Origin: the human T2T-CHM13v2.0 reference genome, Homo sapiens
Length of the DNA stretch: 64,000 nucleotides
Strand: one strand, 5' to 3'
Assembly: GCF_009914755.1 (NCBI RefSeq)
Contig: NC_060926.1
Shown here: positions 27,999-42,100 of the stretch, piece by piece
Layout: each line of letters begins with the position of its first letter
Numbering within the stretch: the stretch's first letter is position 1
Translations under genes and position numbers: made by a program
The notes under the pieces: model-generated
Told to the model about the DNA's origin: nothing
The model's input: the letters and a program-made list of their open reading frames with translations, nothing else
Databases searched by the model: none

Positions 27999-30900
27999 TG
28001 CTATAATAGTGCTTTCTATAAACTATACAGCATTTTATAAATCATTATACATGAACATAGGGATTCTTATAGATTTAGCTAGTTCATATTTTGACATCAA
28101 GCAGAATTGTAATAAAATCTTCCCATCAATTTTGAAAGAATCTCTTTCTAAAAAGTTTAATCCCCTAAGAAAAATTTTGCAATGCTTAGCGCCCTCACAA
28201 ACATTCTTTCTTGTAAGTATACAGAATCTCCTACATTGTGACTCCCTCCTACTTCTTCTTTATTGGTTTTCTATAAAGGCAATATGCCTGCCACTGTAGT
28301 TTTAAGAATAATTATGTACTGTTTTGAAATTTTAAACATTATTCCTTATTTCTTACCTATCTTGTGTAACTGCATTTCCTCTGGATGCATTTATCTTCTA
28401 TTATGTGTATTAACACAGTGATTCCACTTGCTTTCAGGAGTCAGAGCTAGCTGTGTCTTCTAAATACTAGAAACTGTATTGGATTCTTAGAGTTATTACT
28501 ATCCCACCATCAATACTTTAAGCCATGGACTTAAAATCACTAATTAAAAGATTCAAAATTCTAATTAAACCCTTCGGAGAAATTATATTCTTATAGTATA
28601 TGGGAATAAAGAGCAAAGGTAACATAAATTCTTTTAATTTCATTTTGAATTTTTTGGAGTTCAAAGTTATTTGCATTACTTAATTTTAATCATCTTTCCT
28701 ATAGATACATATTACTGTTTCACTGACAAAATAAGTGAATCTCCCAGGAAACTGAGAGCAAAAATCAAACAGGCATTCTTCAAGTCAGCTAAAAATCTAG
28801 AAGGCAAATCTCCTGATTCATAATCCAAAGCCATTTCTATCATACTACACACAATGATTAACTTTCTTTTCCTATATATAGTTTTTAAAAACCCATATGG
28901 ATGATTCAGACAAAAGTTTGTAGCATCTATTTCACATTCTTAAGCAATGTGCAGAAATTCAGAGAGCTATTACTGCTCTACTGGAAGAAAAAAAAAGTTA
29001 TTTTTATTTGTAAAAACGTATTCATGTGTGAAAACAAACTATAGCCATGCTGATAACAAAGGTCCCTTTCTCCTCCCTTTTCATTTTCCATCATTCTCAC
29101 TTTATTTTCCTCCTTCTGTTTGCTTTCTATATTTTTCCAATTTTGTTATCCATTACATGGTCCTCATTCATTCTATCTCTATTTCATTACTCCATTGCTA
29201 TACTGTTCTTCTTTTAGGTAAAGAGAAAGTAAGATGGATTTCAACCTAAGAAGAGCTGAGATAAGATTTCAATTGAAGTTCAGATGGCTATACGCTCATC
29301 TCCAGCAGAACAGCAGCTCTCAGGTGTGGCAGAGCAAAAAGAGGATAGTTTCTGCTTTCTTCCCATATATATTGCCTGGGAAGAATTTCAGACGTGTCAT
29401 GCTTGGTAGAATTTCTTTATTAAATCAGTATTTCAGCAGAAGTTGCTTACAATTGACACCTGTCAGACTTTGGCTGTAATGTGAGCCCAAGCGCTTGGTG
29501 GGGGGAACAAAACATACAACCATGATGAGGTATGTTGTGTTTGCCAGACTTTGACCATGATAGTGGAGAAGTGGAAAAGGTATGCTGGTTGGAGAGGGAA
29601 TTAGTACAGCAACATGGAAGGGAAAATTACTTAGCCTTTTACAAGCATATTTTATGGAATAAATATTCAATTCCTTGTTATTTACAGTATATTTAACATT
29701 TTATTTCTTCAGAGGAATAATTTTCTTTTCATAATTAGAATCATAATTTTTTCCATTGTGTGCTCAGAAGAGAATTTACATGTAATCTCCATGAGTGTAA
29801 AGAACTGTGTCATATTCATCTTTACAGCCCCAGAAATCTTGCAAAAATACCTAGGTTATAGTACTACCTTCCTTCAAGTCAACCAAATTACTAAATATTA
29901 TAAAATCCACATTAGAAAGACAAGGATTTTTTTAAAATTATCTCCAAGTTTCAAAGTGCTTAAAATATTTTTGCCAGTTTTTAGCAGTTCACATAATCAG
30001 AAATAGCAGCCCAAGATCTACAATGTGTTGCCATGTAAACCTTTCTTGTTCTATCCAATATGTATATGAAGCAAATGTCTTAATTATGGACATCTTTGGT
30101 AATGTTATATGAAAATAATTTGTACTGGAATTTTTTCATTAAATAAAAACCATATGTCAACTGATTCTCTACACCAAATTTATCATAACAACAATTATCT
30201 GGATAATTCACATAAAAATAAGGCTTTTTTATACAAATAAACATAAGTTTAATTTGACTTGTACATATCCAACAATAACCTATTAAAGAATTATCTTAAA
30301 ATTGTATATAAATATATAAATTGTATAAGTAAGTTCCGTGCTTCCTTTTATCTCATGAAATAAAAATATACTTATTGTATCTATGCTGTGTATCTTAGAT
30401 ACATTTTATTTCTATAAACATTATCATACAACTTCCCATAAGATGATATTAAAATTTAACTGTGGATTCTGCTCATGTACAGCAGGATAATACATTTATA
30501 ATTATTTTGATAGTTAAAATATGGTTTTAATTTCACCAGACTTATTTATTTTTCAGAATCTAACAAAGATCTAAGCAATACATAAATATTTAAAAAAAAC
30601 AGTAATGGAGATATTCATAGCATTGTCTTTATAATATGACTGAAAGACTTATAGAGAAAAGCAGGGGTTAAAAATTATTCTTTAACCACCCACACACCTC
30701 TGAATTTTGAGAGGAGGCACCTTTAATACTTTTTCTTCCTGCAGTATTTGTTGCTTAAGGAAGTCTGTGGGTGGATAAGAGGTTATTATCCCTCCTACAC
30801 ACACCCGTTTTCTTATTTACAACATTAAACTTCCATATATAAGTACCTGAAACACCAATCGTTTTCTTTCTATCACTTTCTCAAATTCTTTGGAATTTGG

Positions 30901-33193
30901 ACCACATATTACCTCCCTATAGCACAATTCACAGTTGTAGTTTATCTTGAATTTTTTTTTGTCAGGTGTGAATCTATCCAACAAGTTTATTTGATGTAGA
31001 TGCCTTTCAAAACAAACGTTTTTGTTCGAAAACAGAGTTCCATAAATGGCGGGTCCTATGTTCAAAACTAATAATACAAAATTATCTTTTGTATTAATGA
31101 GTTTTCTTAAACACTAAAAGAAGAGGATACAGTCAGCGAAATGCGACAGCCAAACATTAAGATTTGTATGAAGTATTTGTATCTTATTACTCTACAAATT
31201 TCCTTTAGGAGAGAATGCATCTTTGTGGGTCATGTTGGAAGCACAGTAAATGTGTTTTATCTCAATACAGTTAACTGTTTGAATTGTTTCAGCTGAATAA
31301 ATAGGTCAATGGTTGAAGATTTTAGAACTCCCTATAAAATGTACAATAACAAGTTAAAATAAATTTTATAAAACCTTTATGTCCCTTTTATATTGCAGTA
31401 AAAATGTTCTCTCAAATGCAGTAAATGACAGACATACCCTTGTGCAAATGGGTTAAGCTTAAATTATTTTTAGAATAATCAGGTCTAATTTTCATTACTA
31501 ATGTAATATTCATTCACGCTAAAATATAGGAAAATTTTTAAAAAGTAATATTTGATATATTTTTACATGATTTTAGATTTGTAAGTTTAATGATATCATT
31601 TATGATAGTCACACATGATAAATGTTTTACAAGTAAATTTGTTCCCTTCACTCTTTTGTTCAGTGTACTCCATTTTGGAATTATATTAACTTTTGTTAAA
31701 ATAAGAAATTAGAAAATAACTATTAACCATCCAAAGTGCTTGCCAAGTAAACCCAATTATTAATTAAATACACATTACTGAGAATATGTTATATAGAGAT
31801 TAGTTAGAACAATCACTAGTTACAATTGTTGGATTAGCCAAACAATCACAAGTTATTCAATCACTTTTGCTTTATTCAAAAATGAAGGAAGCTGATTCTG
31901 CCCTCTCAAAACCTTGGTAATACGAATTCTACAAAAATACAGAGGAAAGTCTATCATCTGTATAAGAGAGATAGCAAGTCAAATATATCTTACGATTACA
32001 ACCCAATGGATATGTGAACTGAATTTGTGCAAGTTATTCTAAACTAGGTTTTTAGGTTTTAGTTACTAAGCATTTTTGGCATCCCTCAATAAAGAATTTA
32101 AAGAAAATTAAAACTAATAGTCTTACAGACCAAAGTAACATGTAGACTAGAAAAACAAGCAGTTCTGTTGAGAAAAACCTGATCAGTCTCTAATTTTAAA
32201 AATTGTATGCAATTAGGAGCAAATACTCATCACCACAATTTTCAGAACTGCAGTTATTTAAAAGAATAAGCTCAGAATTAAATGTGTTATATGCTTTTTT
32301 TTTCTAAAGCAAACATCGGAAGTTGTTTTTGTTTTCTCCAAGTTACTATGAAGCACCTCTAACTGAAAGGAAGAGTGATTAAAAAACAGAAAAAGAGAAA
32401 GAAAATAAAGTGTTTTCCAAGTGATGTTTCACTTATATGGTATAAGTTATACATGTCATATTCATGAGATTAAAATTATTTCCTGAAAAAATGTCTTATT
32501 CAGATCACAAGACAACATAATGAACCAAAGATTTTAATATAAAACGCAACAGGGAAGAGTGAGTTTGACTTCATTTCCATTTGCATGTGCTAATAACAAT
32601 GAATGAAAACTAGAAACTAGTATGTGAAACAAAGTTCACATCTTATTGTTAGAAAAATAAAGATATGAAGTACAGTATGGTAGGATAGTCAAGCAGAAAA
32701 AAGTAAATGATGATGCTTTAACAGAAAGAGAAATGAAGACATTCTTGGTATGTTTTATTTTGTCTTTAAAGATGCTAGAAAATTAACAAGACTGGTGGGT
32801 AAACAGTGGAACAGTTCAGTCTCAGCACAATATTTGCAAAATTAGGTAGTCTACATATAAAACTAAACAGCTAGAAAATATACAGAATTTTGCATAGAAA
32901 CTGTTTCCTTACAAAAGCAACATTTTAAAAAATTAATTGATTTCTTATTAATAATATTCCCATGGTAAAACATCTACTAAAGGAACTGCCTTTTTTCCTG
33001 TCTTTTTTTTTTCTTTAAGATTTAATATGCTATTCTAAGGTCTTATTTTCAAAACCTCTAGGGACGCTTTCTTGGGAATACTATATTAATCAGCTAGGAA
33101 AACTTTTATTAGAAGTAGAGAAAGACTGTCCAGACATCAAAGGACTGTCCAACATCATGGGACATTGAAACATATTCTATGCTTGAGTCTTGA

Positions 33194-33294
33194 CTGCTGT
33201 TCAGTTTTAGTCTTTAGGAAAAAAATTGTGTTTCAATCTGCTGCTGTTCAGTTTTAGTCTTTATGAAAAAAAAATTGTGCTCCAATATGCTGCT
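33194..33294 (+). repeat. Tandem duplication, ~47-49 bp x2
   Basis: ctgctgttcagttttagtcttta(g/t)gaaaaaaa(aa)ttgtg..caat.tg occurs twice. Confidence 0.9.
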
Positions 33295-34270
33295 CTAATT
33301 ATGTTCTGTGGGTATTGCTTATTTGAACTAGTTAAGTCTTTCATTACATAAGGAAACTTGATAAATCTTTCAAGTGTTTCCTGAACTAGATAAAGGGTGC
33401 ACTAAATATCTGCCACCCTGAACCCAAGGCCTTCTTTTACTTATCTTTTATCAAATTCTGTATTTAAAAACTAAAATCAACTTGGAATAGCACATTTAAT
33501 TATTTTACACAACTGAAGCAAGGTCTTGAGAGAATGCTTTTATTTGTTTTGTTTTTCTTAATCTTGAAATTATATATAGGTTGTGTTTTGTTTTGCTTTG
33601 TGTGTATAAAAGTCTAATTTTGTTTGAATTTCATCGGGAAAAGTATTTGGGACATTTACAATTTAGTTTCAATCTATAGGTAAAATCTTTATTTGGTAGT
33701 AAGTACATTAGATCAAACTTTTAAAGTTTCTCTCTCTCTCTCTCATCTTATATACTTCCCTAAACAAAACTAAATAATGGGAACATATATCATACTTTAG
33801 TAAAAATAACTATAGATTTAATCAAGGAAGCAAAGATAATATTTTACTTTCATTGGACTTCATTTTATCTTTTTCACTTTTATGAACTAAAGTTCCTTCA
33901 GTTTCAAATTATAAATCTGATAATTAAAACCTTGGCTATATGGTAGGTTATGTATGTCTTATTAGCACCTAGTAATTGAGAGCAGTGTCATATATTTAAA
34001 AATCCAATATTTAAATGATTTCCTCATGAATTCTTTCTTCCCTGCCAAATATGCTTACATGCTTCTCTTCAGAAGTTTTTACATTATGCCTATCCATATC
34101 AAAGATAACTTACAAACAAACAAACAAACAAATGAACAAGGAAGGTTAACTGGAGATAGAGTATGATTCATAAGTATGCCAAATAATTTGCACGGTATAT
34201 ACATGTACTTAATATGGTGACAATTTTTTATGGTTTCACCTTTCCTAAAATGCAAAATATGAAATTTGTC

Positions 34271-34359
34271 TTAAATATCTGAAATGGAACATACATAAGT
34301 AAATATACATAATAATATCCACCAGTAAATCTTCAAATATGTAAAAAGGCAACTCCTAC
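34271..34359 (-). CDS. TMEFF2: Intron-4 read-through coding extension of the short (175 aa) TMEFF2 isoform
   Basis: Frame stays open past the exon 4 donor: GRSCLFTYLKIYWWILLCIFTYVCSISDI then TAA at 34273-34271. Agrees with my recollection of the truncated TMEFF2 isoform. Confidence 0.75.
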
Positions 34360-34386
34360 CTCCATCTCCAGATCCTGATCCTGCAT
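34360..34386 (-). CDS. TMEFF2: TMEFF2 coding exon 4: 27-nt microexon (DAGSGSGDG linker)
   Basis: Acceptor ttttccccccacAG|, ATGCAGGATCAGGATCTGGAGATGGAG, donor GAG|GTAGGA. Phase 1-1, in frame with exon 3. Confidence 0.93.
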
Positions 34387-37300
34387 CTGTGGGGGGAAAA
34401 GTTATATTTGCTAGTAAAACATATTCAAAAATATTTATGACTTTTTAAGCTCAAGTTTATTTTCTTAGTTTAATACTGCAATAATATTGTTTGAGAAAAA
34501 TACTAATATTTAATCCAAAAACGTACATTCACATCAATTTAATTTAATATCTATTAATGTAACTTCTATAATAAATTATCCATCATTTTTATTCCAGAGC
34601 TTTACGAAAACATTATTGCCCCGTTTGGAAAATTTCCTAATCTCGGCTATGAAAAATTCCTAATCTTGACAGGCTGGATTTGGTGCCATTAGCAAAATAA
34701 AGTATTAAAAATGAGATGCTTGTAACAATCAGTAAGTTTCAGAAATTAAATAGTCTAATGCGTGTGGCAAATAAACCCATAATTAAGGCTTGTATTCTTG
34801 CAAATTGCATATGAACAAAGAGAAAAGCAGTTTAAAAAGAAATATATTTTATATGGGTGTTGATATGTTTTACGAATACCACAATTGTGGATGATTCCAT
34901 CTGTGTCAAATCATCCTTTGTTTTTGAAGTCAGTAGAAGACAGCTTAATTGTTGCCTTTGTGCTTAAAGTCAGATATTCACTAAATGATTCTTGCAGAAA
35001 AAATCATACTTCCTCTTCTGGATTTTTCTTTCACCACTTCTTCTCTCCCCTTCCTTCCTTTAATTACAATTGGTCAAAGTTGTCTATTTCTGGGAAGGTA
35101 GTTCCCAGAAACACACAAAATTTCAAGTTGAAATCAAAACCATTACGATTCCATCTGCTTCTGCTTCTTAAGTGTAGACATCATCTTCCTTCTGACTTTC
35201 CATTTTTGTTTGTTCACAATACATTTGGTTATGTATTTTAATGTTAATACAGGGAAATAAGATTAATATTGATATTCTCTGCCTGATGTGCCCTTATTCC
35301 ACAGTGAAATCTCACCCAGGGTTCAAGACTTATACCAAATGCCACTCTTAAGAATTTATGGTCCAATTAAAATAAAACATGACTTTTACTTGTTTGCTTC
35401 CATGATACTTTATTGAGAAACACCACATAGAAAGAGGCATGGTGTTTGAAAATCCACAGAAGGCTGACAAATATGGAAGAAGGAAGGCCTTCCCAGCAGC
35501 CCTCCTGTTTGTCATGTATTGGCATTAGCAGTACCATGAAGGAGCAGTAGTTTGAACTGTCAGTCTTGTTGGAGGCCCACATTAACTAAATTTATAGGGT
35601 CTAATACTATTATATTAGAATGTCAAGTAATCAATTAACTATTAATGTGACAGGACATATGTCTTTGGATCAGCATATCTTTTCCTTAAAGGCAAGTTAA
35701 TTGGTAAAATAATTTATGATAAAAATTATTCTTAGTAAATGTAGAATCAAACAAGGATTTTAATCATAAGAATTGACTGTTTAATGATAATAGACCAAGA
35801 AAGACTGATGAATTCATGTTGATATTAGAATATTCCTACCAACTAAACTGACTGTCATAAGTCACAACACCATCTCTTTTGGACAGAACAGTGCTTGGGT
35901 GCTTTTTGTATACTTTCACAGACAAAAATTTTAATTGATTGTATTTGCATTAATTTGAAAGTTTAATTCAGTATTACTTATACTCATTCAGGGCTAAATA
36001 ACAGACTGTGGTATTACAGTGATAACACATTCTAAATATATTTTAGTTAAATGTATATAGTTTCTTTTAAATTTTCCCCTATAAACTTCTTTAAGTCAAG
36101 GAAAATGTGTTGTTCATCACTCTACACTTATATGAACATAATGGGAAATGCATAAAGGCTTAGGAGTTACAAACTCCAAACCTTACTCATTGCATGACAG
36201 AGAAATGTTATTCAACCTTGCTAAGCATATTCCTCCTCTATTCAATGGGTACAGTAATATCTAACCGATTGGGCTATTTTGAGGCTTACTGCACAGTAGC
36301 ATATCTTAAATGCTTAAGCACTGTCAGGAACATAATAATTAAAATGTATAGTAAACATCTTGCCTATTCATCTACGAGTATTCTAATAAATACATATGAC
36401 TGGGGAAAATCAGAAAAAAATGCCAATAGCATTTTAGCTTGTATTTCCCACATGCATTTCTAAAACTTCAAGGGGCATGGTCCTTAAGACAATATTTGAT
36501 TTGACACAAATGAAACAGCCAGGAAAAAAAAGAAGGAATAGTTTAGAAAAATGATCACTTAAGTCCATGGCATCATTATGAAATCATTATGGGAGGCTTT
36601 AATGATTTTCCTTTATTATATGATAAGTCATCCTGGCCAACTGATGATAAATAGCCTACTAAAGTCTTATTAGTAAGACAGAAACACCTAAGAAAAGAAG
36701 TCATGCTGTTAGACCTAAATCTGAGCTCCTAGTTAATGCATTTCCTACAAGGCAAAAAGTTAAATTGACGGTAAGACCATTGAGCAGATTTCACAATAAG
36801 AGTCCATTCTCTGGACAAAAAAAAATTAAGTTCAATGAAATATAATAAATATAAAGTTATATCTTCTACTGCCTATTATTCCTAGAGCTTACAACTTGCC
36901 ACTTCCATTCAGTGTCAAACAGCATTAAAAAATAAATGGGAAATATACAAAGAAAAGAATGAGACTCCCTTTTAGATCAAAAGTCAGAACCCCAATTTAT
37001 TTACAGTCAGACCTGGTTAATCAAAATTACTTTGTTCTCTCCGTCATTATTCAGATCAAAAACCTTTTAGATTTACAAGTCCATGGAAGATGCATTCAGC
37101 AAGACTGGCTTACTAATTAAATCCTGTAGAAATCTAAGTATGTGAATGAGCTAAAGATGGATTACTCGATTGTGATTAAATTTTCTACTTGGCTAAGTAT
37201 TTATTTTCATAGTATAACCAGCACATCAGGGACTAGAATGGAAAGACTTGAATGAATCAGGAGAATGTGATTATATGCGCTGACAAGAACTTGGAGGTTG

Positions 37301-39045
37301 GCAAGTAAGAAAGAGAGATTTTGCTACATTGGCCATAACCGTAACTTCTGGTCTGTTTATTATAACAATTGCCTGGCAATTCTCATGTGGCTATTGTTAG
37401 AAAAGAACAGATATCCTCCATGATCTTGATCTTGAAAAAGCAAATCCTTTCCTCAATACTCTACGGTATTTGCCTTCATCCTTCCTGGTTCCTGGGATTT
37501 TACTTTTTTTCTATTCAATTTGTCCTAAAGTACTATTTCTCATTTCTTTGGTATGGCTGACTGATTCCTCATAATTAGTTTGCTCCTTGTCAAACTTTCT
37601 ATATCCCCCATCCTTAGTATGAGAGCAGCATGCTGGTCCTCCTCCTTTCCTATTGGAGAAGGCTGCCCATTGACTCTCACATATTGCTGTTTCTTTTATT
37701 CATGACTTGTCACTCACAGACCAAGCAGCAATGACCTGTTTGCTTTAGCAAATAAACAAATGGAGTACCAGCCCAGCTTGCCTCCTGACCACCCTTTCAT
37801 GAAGAACATTCACATCTGAGCAAATAATCCCTTAGGAGAAAAGACTACTTACAAACCAAAACCAAAACAAAACATCATTGGCCATGAGATATGATTCTAT
37901 TCTCTTTCTTCTGCTAATTCTCAGAAACTTGGGTAGTCACCAGTATAACTTAGTATTATCAATTACTAACAATCAATATGCTTAAGATAATCTTTTAAAG
38001 AATATGAGGCTTTTCTCTTTGCTCATTTTCCACCCTGCCCCAGTCACTTAGCACATAACTTTTAACATCATACACTAGATTAGAAATACCTGTTATCTAA
38101 GAGGGACTTTTGAATAAATAGACTTTTCATGACACTATTCTCTGCTTCTATTTTTAGAGAAAGTTTATAATTGATGACGTTGTTATTATTCCTGAATATG
38201 CTTATATCATCCAAATTCTCAGGAATTATGACTTTCCAGAAAGATGCTTATTTGCCATTAAGAACAACTATTATGGCACCTTACAGCCTCTACAATATAT
38301 GTGATTTTGATATCAAGCTTAACTTGAAAACTCAGCCCCATTTTAAAGCATTCCCCATTTTAAAGCATAAGCTCTAACAACCACTGTAGACACAAGGAAA
38401 ATTTGAAAAGCTACAGAGCACATGAAGTCACTCTTTCTTCTTACTTCCTTTATAGCATTGTTGGTAAGCCATGACTAAAAAACTTTGTAGAATCCCAGGT
38501 TAATTGAGTCAGAAATGACAAATGTCACTAGAAATTATGTCCATTACAAACACATTAGTCAATAAAATCTACTAAATAGTAAGAAGACCATTTTGTAGAG
38601 CTGCTAAGATTAGACGTCAACTTCAGAGCCCAAACCTGCAAGATTGCCTTCCAGCAGATAATGCTATTGTTCAAAACAAACAAACACAAATAAACAATAC
38701 AACTGTATTCATACATAGTCAGGTTTCTCCATATTTGGCACGTTGGCAGTCTATCTAGATTTCTAATTATATGTGGCTTTTATTCAACCTGCCTGTATTT
38801 CATTTAATGACATACGTACTTAAATCTACCAGTGTCCTTATGGTAGATATCCTCTTTCTTCCAAAAGTGATTTGAAATGTAAAAATGACAAAGAATAAGA
38901 ATAACAAATGTTTTGAACAAAACAATACGGCTTGTCTAGTCAACATATAATCTGAATTATTTATTGGGAGATAACAAGAAATGAAAGACATGGTTTTTGG
39001 ATTTGGAATCCATGCAGAAGGTTTCAAAGAAGATCACACACATAC

Positions 39046-39175
39046 CTGTGGCACATGATCCTTCTGACACCACAAGTATCTCACTCTGCTGTTTGCATGC
39101 AGCCTGTCGCAGGTAACACTCATTCTGGTAGCTCTCCCCATTGGAGCCACACACAGGCACATAGTCATTGTTGCA
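39046..39175 (-). CDS. TMEFF2: TMEFF2 coding exon 3 (130 nt): Kazal-like domain
   Basis: Acceptor gtgtttcccAG|, reads CNNDYVPVCGSNGESYQNECYLRQAACKQQSEILVVSEGSCAT (Kazal PVCGS..Y.NEC motif), donor ACAG|GTATG. Confidence 0.97.
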
Positions 39176-42100
39176 CTGGGAAACACACAGATGTAAGCCT
39201 ATAGTTAGTACTGGAGATTGTATCCCTCTGACACGATGAACAGAAATAATCATTTACAAAAGAAACCACTTGTCTTCATTTTCAATGATTCTAATTGTGT
39301 CCAATAAGTCTTTATAAGGGCATCATTGAAAGATGCACAAAGCCAATTTCAAGTTAGCCAACCAGTCATTTGATTTAGATAGGGCAAAAATAAGCATCTA
39401 AATTGATCAGGCAATTCCCAACAAAGTGACTGGACAAGTAGCACAATAAAGATATAGGAATAAATATATTAATGCTACTTAATATTATTTTTAGTATGTA
39501 GCCCATATGACTTGATGGAAAAAATTAAAATACAGTTTAATTTCAAGCTATTAAAAAACAAAGGTAATGTCTATCTGTGCTAGGAGTGGAAATATATAGC
39601 CAAAATGCCAAAGAAATCAATTAACTCTTAGTTGTTTTTTTAATTGAATTTAATTGAATTTTTATTGAATTCTAGTCCTTGTAAATTTCCAAATAGTCAG
39701 ATAAGATACTGATTTACTTATTTTTATACCTCTTTAGACTATTGTATATTGATGTGGATATGGTCTAGAGAGAAGCAAAACTATGGAACTCAGAGAAAAA
39801 TTTCAACAACTACTGAACTATAAGTAAACTTTACCGACTATTCCAAAGTATGTCTATTAATAGATATTCCATAAAGAGAAAAGTTCATTTTTAAAAAACC
39901 TCATTATTAAAAAAGTACACATATTACAGTGAAAATTAAGGCAACCAACAGGGTATAGTCATCATAATATAATCATACTCTAAGGCATTAATGATACTTG
40001 GCTTTGTTCTATGCCGCTAATTACACCAGGGATGTGATTATCTCATGATTACTACTACTTATGTGCTTCATTGTTTAATTATAAAAAATATAATGATCAA
40101 GATTATTATCTGTATATGCTCACCTATGCCAGAAACTAAGTAAGGAAAATCATACTTACAGATGCATGTTAAAAACTCTATGTTTTACTTTTGATTAATA
40201 TATTTGAATCTTTGATGTGCTGTGAGTTCAGAATACATACAAAATAAACCAATAATACAGTGAGATGGGTAGTAAAGTTTAAATATATGTGATAACAAAC
40301 CTAAAACCCTATCATAAATAAACCTCAACTCAAGAATGTATGCAAAAGAAAACACCTCTCAACAGGTTGATAATCTGATTGATTAAAACCTGAAATTTAT
40401 TATTTTACTCTATTTCCTAACAATACCTAAACCTCCTTATTCCTAATCAACTATTTAACTCTTGCTCTTTGCCTTTATATAATAATAGTTTAATTATCAT
40501 AACAAATTTAAATGTCAATGTTCTTTGAAATGAAAGCCTAATTCTATAAGTTTTACTTTTTCATATATTATTAACAACTTAAATATAATGTTTTGGTAAT
40601 TGTGATCAACTTTTTTCCAAACAGTAAACCCAAATGGTATGACAGTCATATTAAGATGACCATAATTACTAACAGGATGCTTTAGCACATATTTTATAAA
40701 TATTCTTTATCTTAATTTCTACAATATATAATCTAGATATTCTGCAAGTCCTCTATATAGTAATTCTTTTCCACAGTTGCATTTTTGTCTCCCAGACTCA
40801 GTCTATGTATGTGATTATATTTAAAAAACTGATTTGATTAGAGCTTTTCACTAATCTTTTGCTAATGTTTAACTCAATCAGCAACTGACTTCTGATTAGG
40901 TGATACCTGTGTAAGCACTGTTTTCCAGGAGCTTTCCAAAAATTTGTTTTAATTTACATCTGAAAACTGACTCACCACAGGCCTGAGCATCTCCACTACC
41001 ATCCAAGAAAGAAGGCAAGAGCAAAATGCCTGTAAGATTTGAATTTTCCAATGAGTAGTACGGAAGAGACCACAAATAAATGTGGCTTGTGCTCATGCCA
41101 GAACTGTGGCCAGCAAGGCAAGTGCAGGGATAGGTGCTTGATAAATGTGCTATGATCAGAACCAGGGACAGGAGAATGTAGGTAGGATTATGTTGATCTA
41201 TGAACACTACAGTGGTGTCTGAGCACGTGGAGGAGAGACAAGAAAGAAGGAAACAGCTGGTGACATAATGATCGATAGACTTGCCGATCCTTTCAGTAGA
41301 CAGAAGAGAGTCATAATGTGTCTATGGCTAGCTGGACTAGTTAACATCTCATGCTTGAGGCCTGGTATTCTTGCCCCGGGCTACCTTTCAATCTCCATCT
41401 CCATCCCTGCTTATAATACTTTGTATGTAGATTATTTGGGTCCGTGTTTTCTTCTCTCCGATCCTTAAATTTTATTTATTTATCCTTCTCAGATTACTCA
41501 AATATAGAGTCAGTGAACTGGGAGTGGAGAGTGGAAAGTATTTATTATCTCTCCCAAGTGCTAGTACACAATGCTGATATGCATCTTAAAATATCGAATA
41601 AACTGATAAAGTGCTCATATGCCGCTTCTGAGGGATGCAGTAAGCCAAATTCGAACAGTTCTAAAAACAGAGCTGCCAAGTTCCATGCACAAGCCAAAAG
41701 GGAGATTTCTACAGAGCTGAAAAGAGCTTAACTGTAGATTACTGGCATGATGTTTTTGGCCCTTAGTATCAAGACTTGCACTTATTAATATGAAGAACAC
41801 CAGAAGGAAGCACGCTGTAAATCATGAAAGCTCACGAGTGGGAGTCTAGTCCTAAGTTGTCCTATCTCTTTCACTGTCTTGGTGTAGGACCTTTTGTATA
41901 TTAGTTAACAATGAAATATTTAACAGGTTTATAGCCTAGTTTTCCCATTTGAAATGCTTACCTGGAACTTTTGGGAAATTAACAAAGTCATGTTTTTAAA
42001 ACAAGAAATATCTTGTAATACTCACTTATACAAAGACATGTAAATTATTTGCTTTGTATGATATGTATTTTAACTAGTAGAGTTATCATCTAACTCTAAC

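Noticed and set aside
30817-31065. 82-aa minus-strand ORF with protein-like composition
   Set aside because: Non-ATG start, no recognisable family and no convincing splice sites.
38957-39253. 98-aa ORF as a standalone Kazal protein
   Set aside because: It is TMEFF2 exon 3 plus open intronic flanks, with clear splice sites inside.
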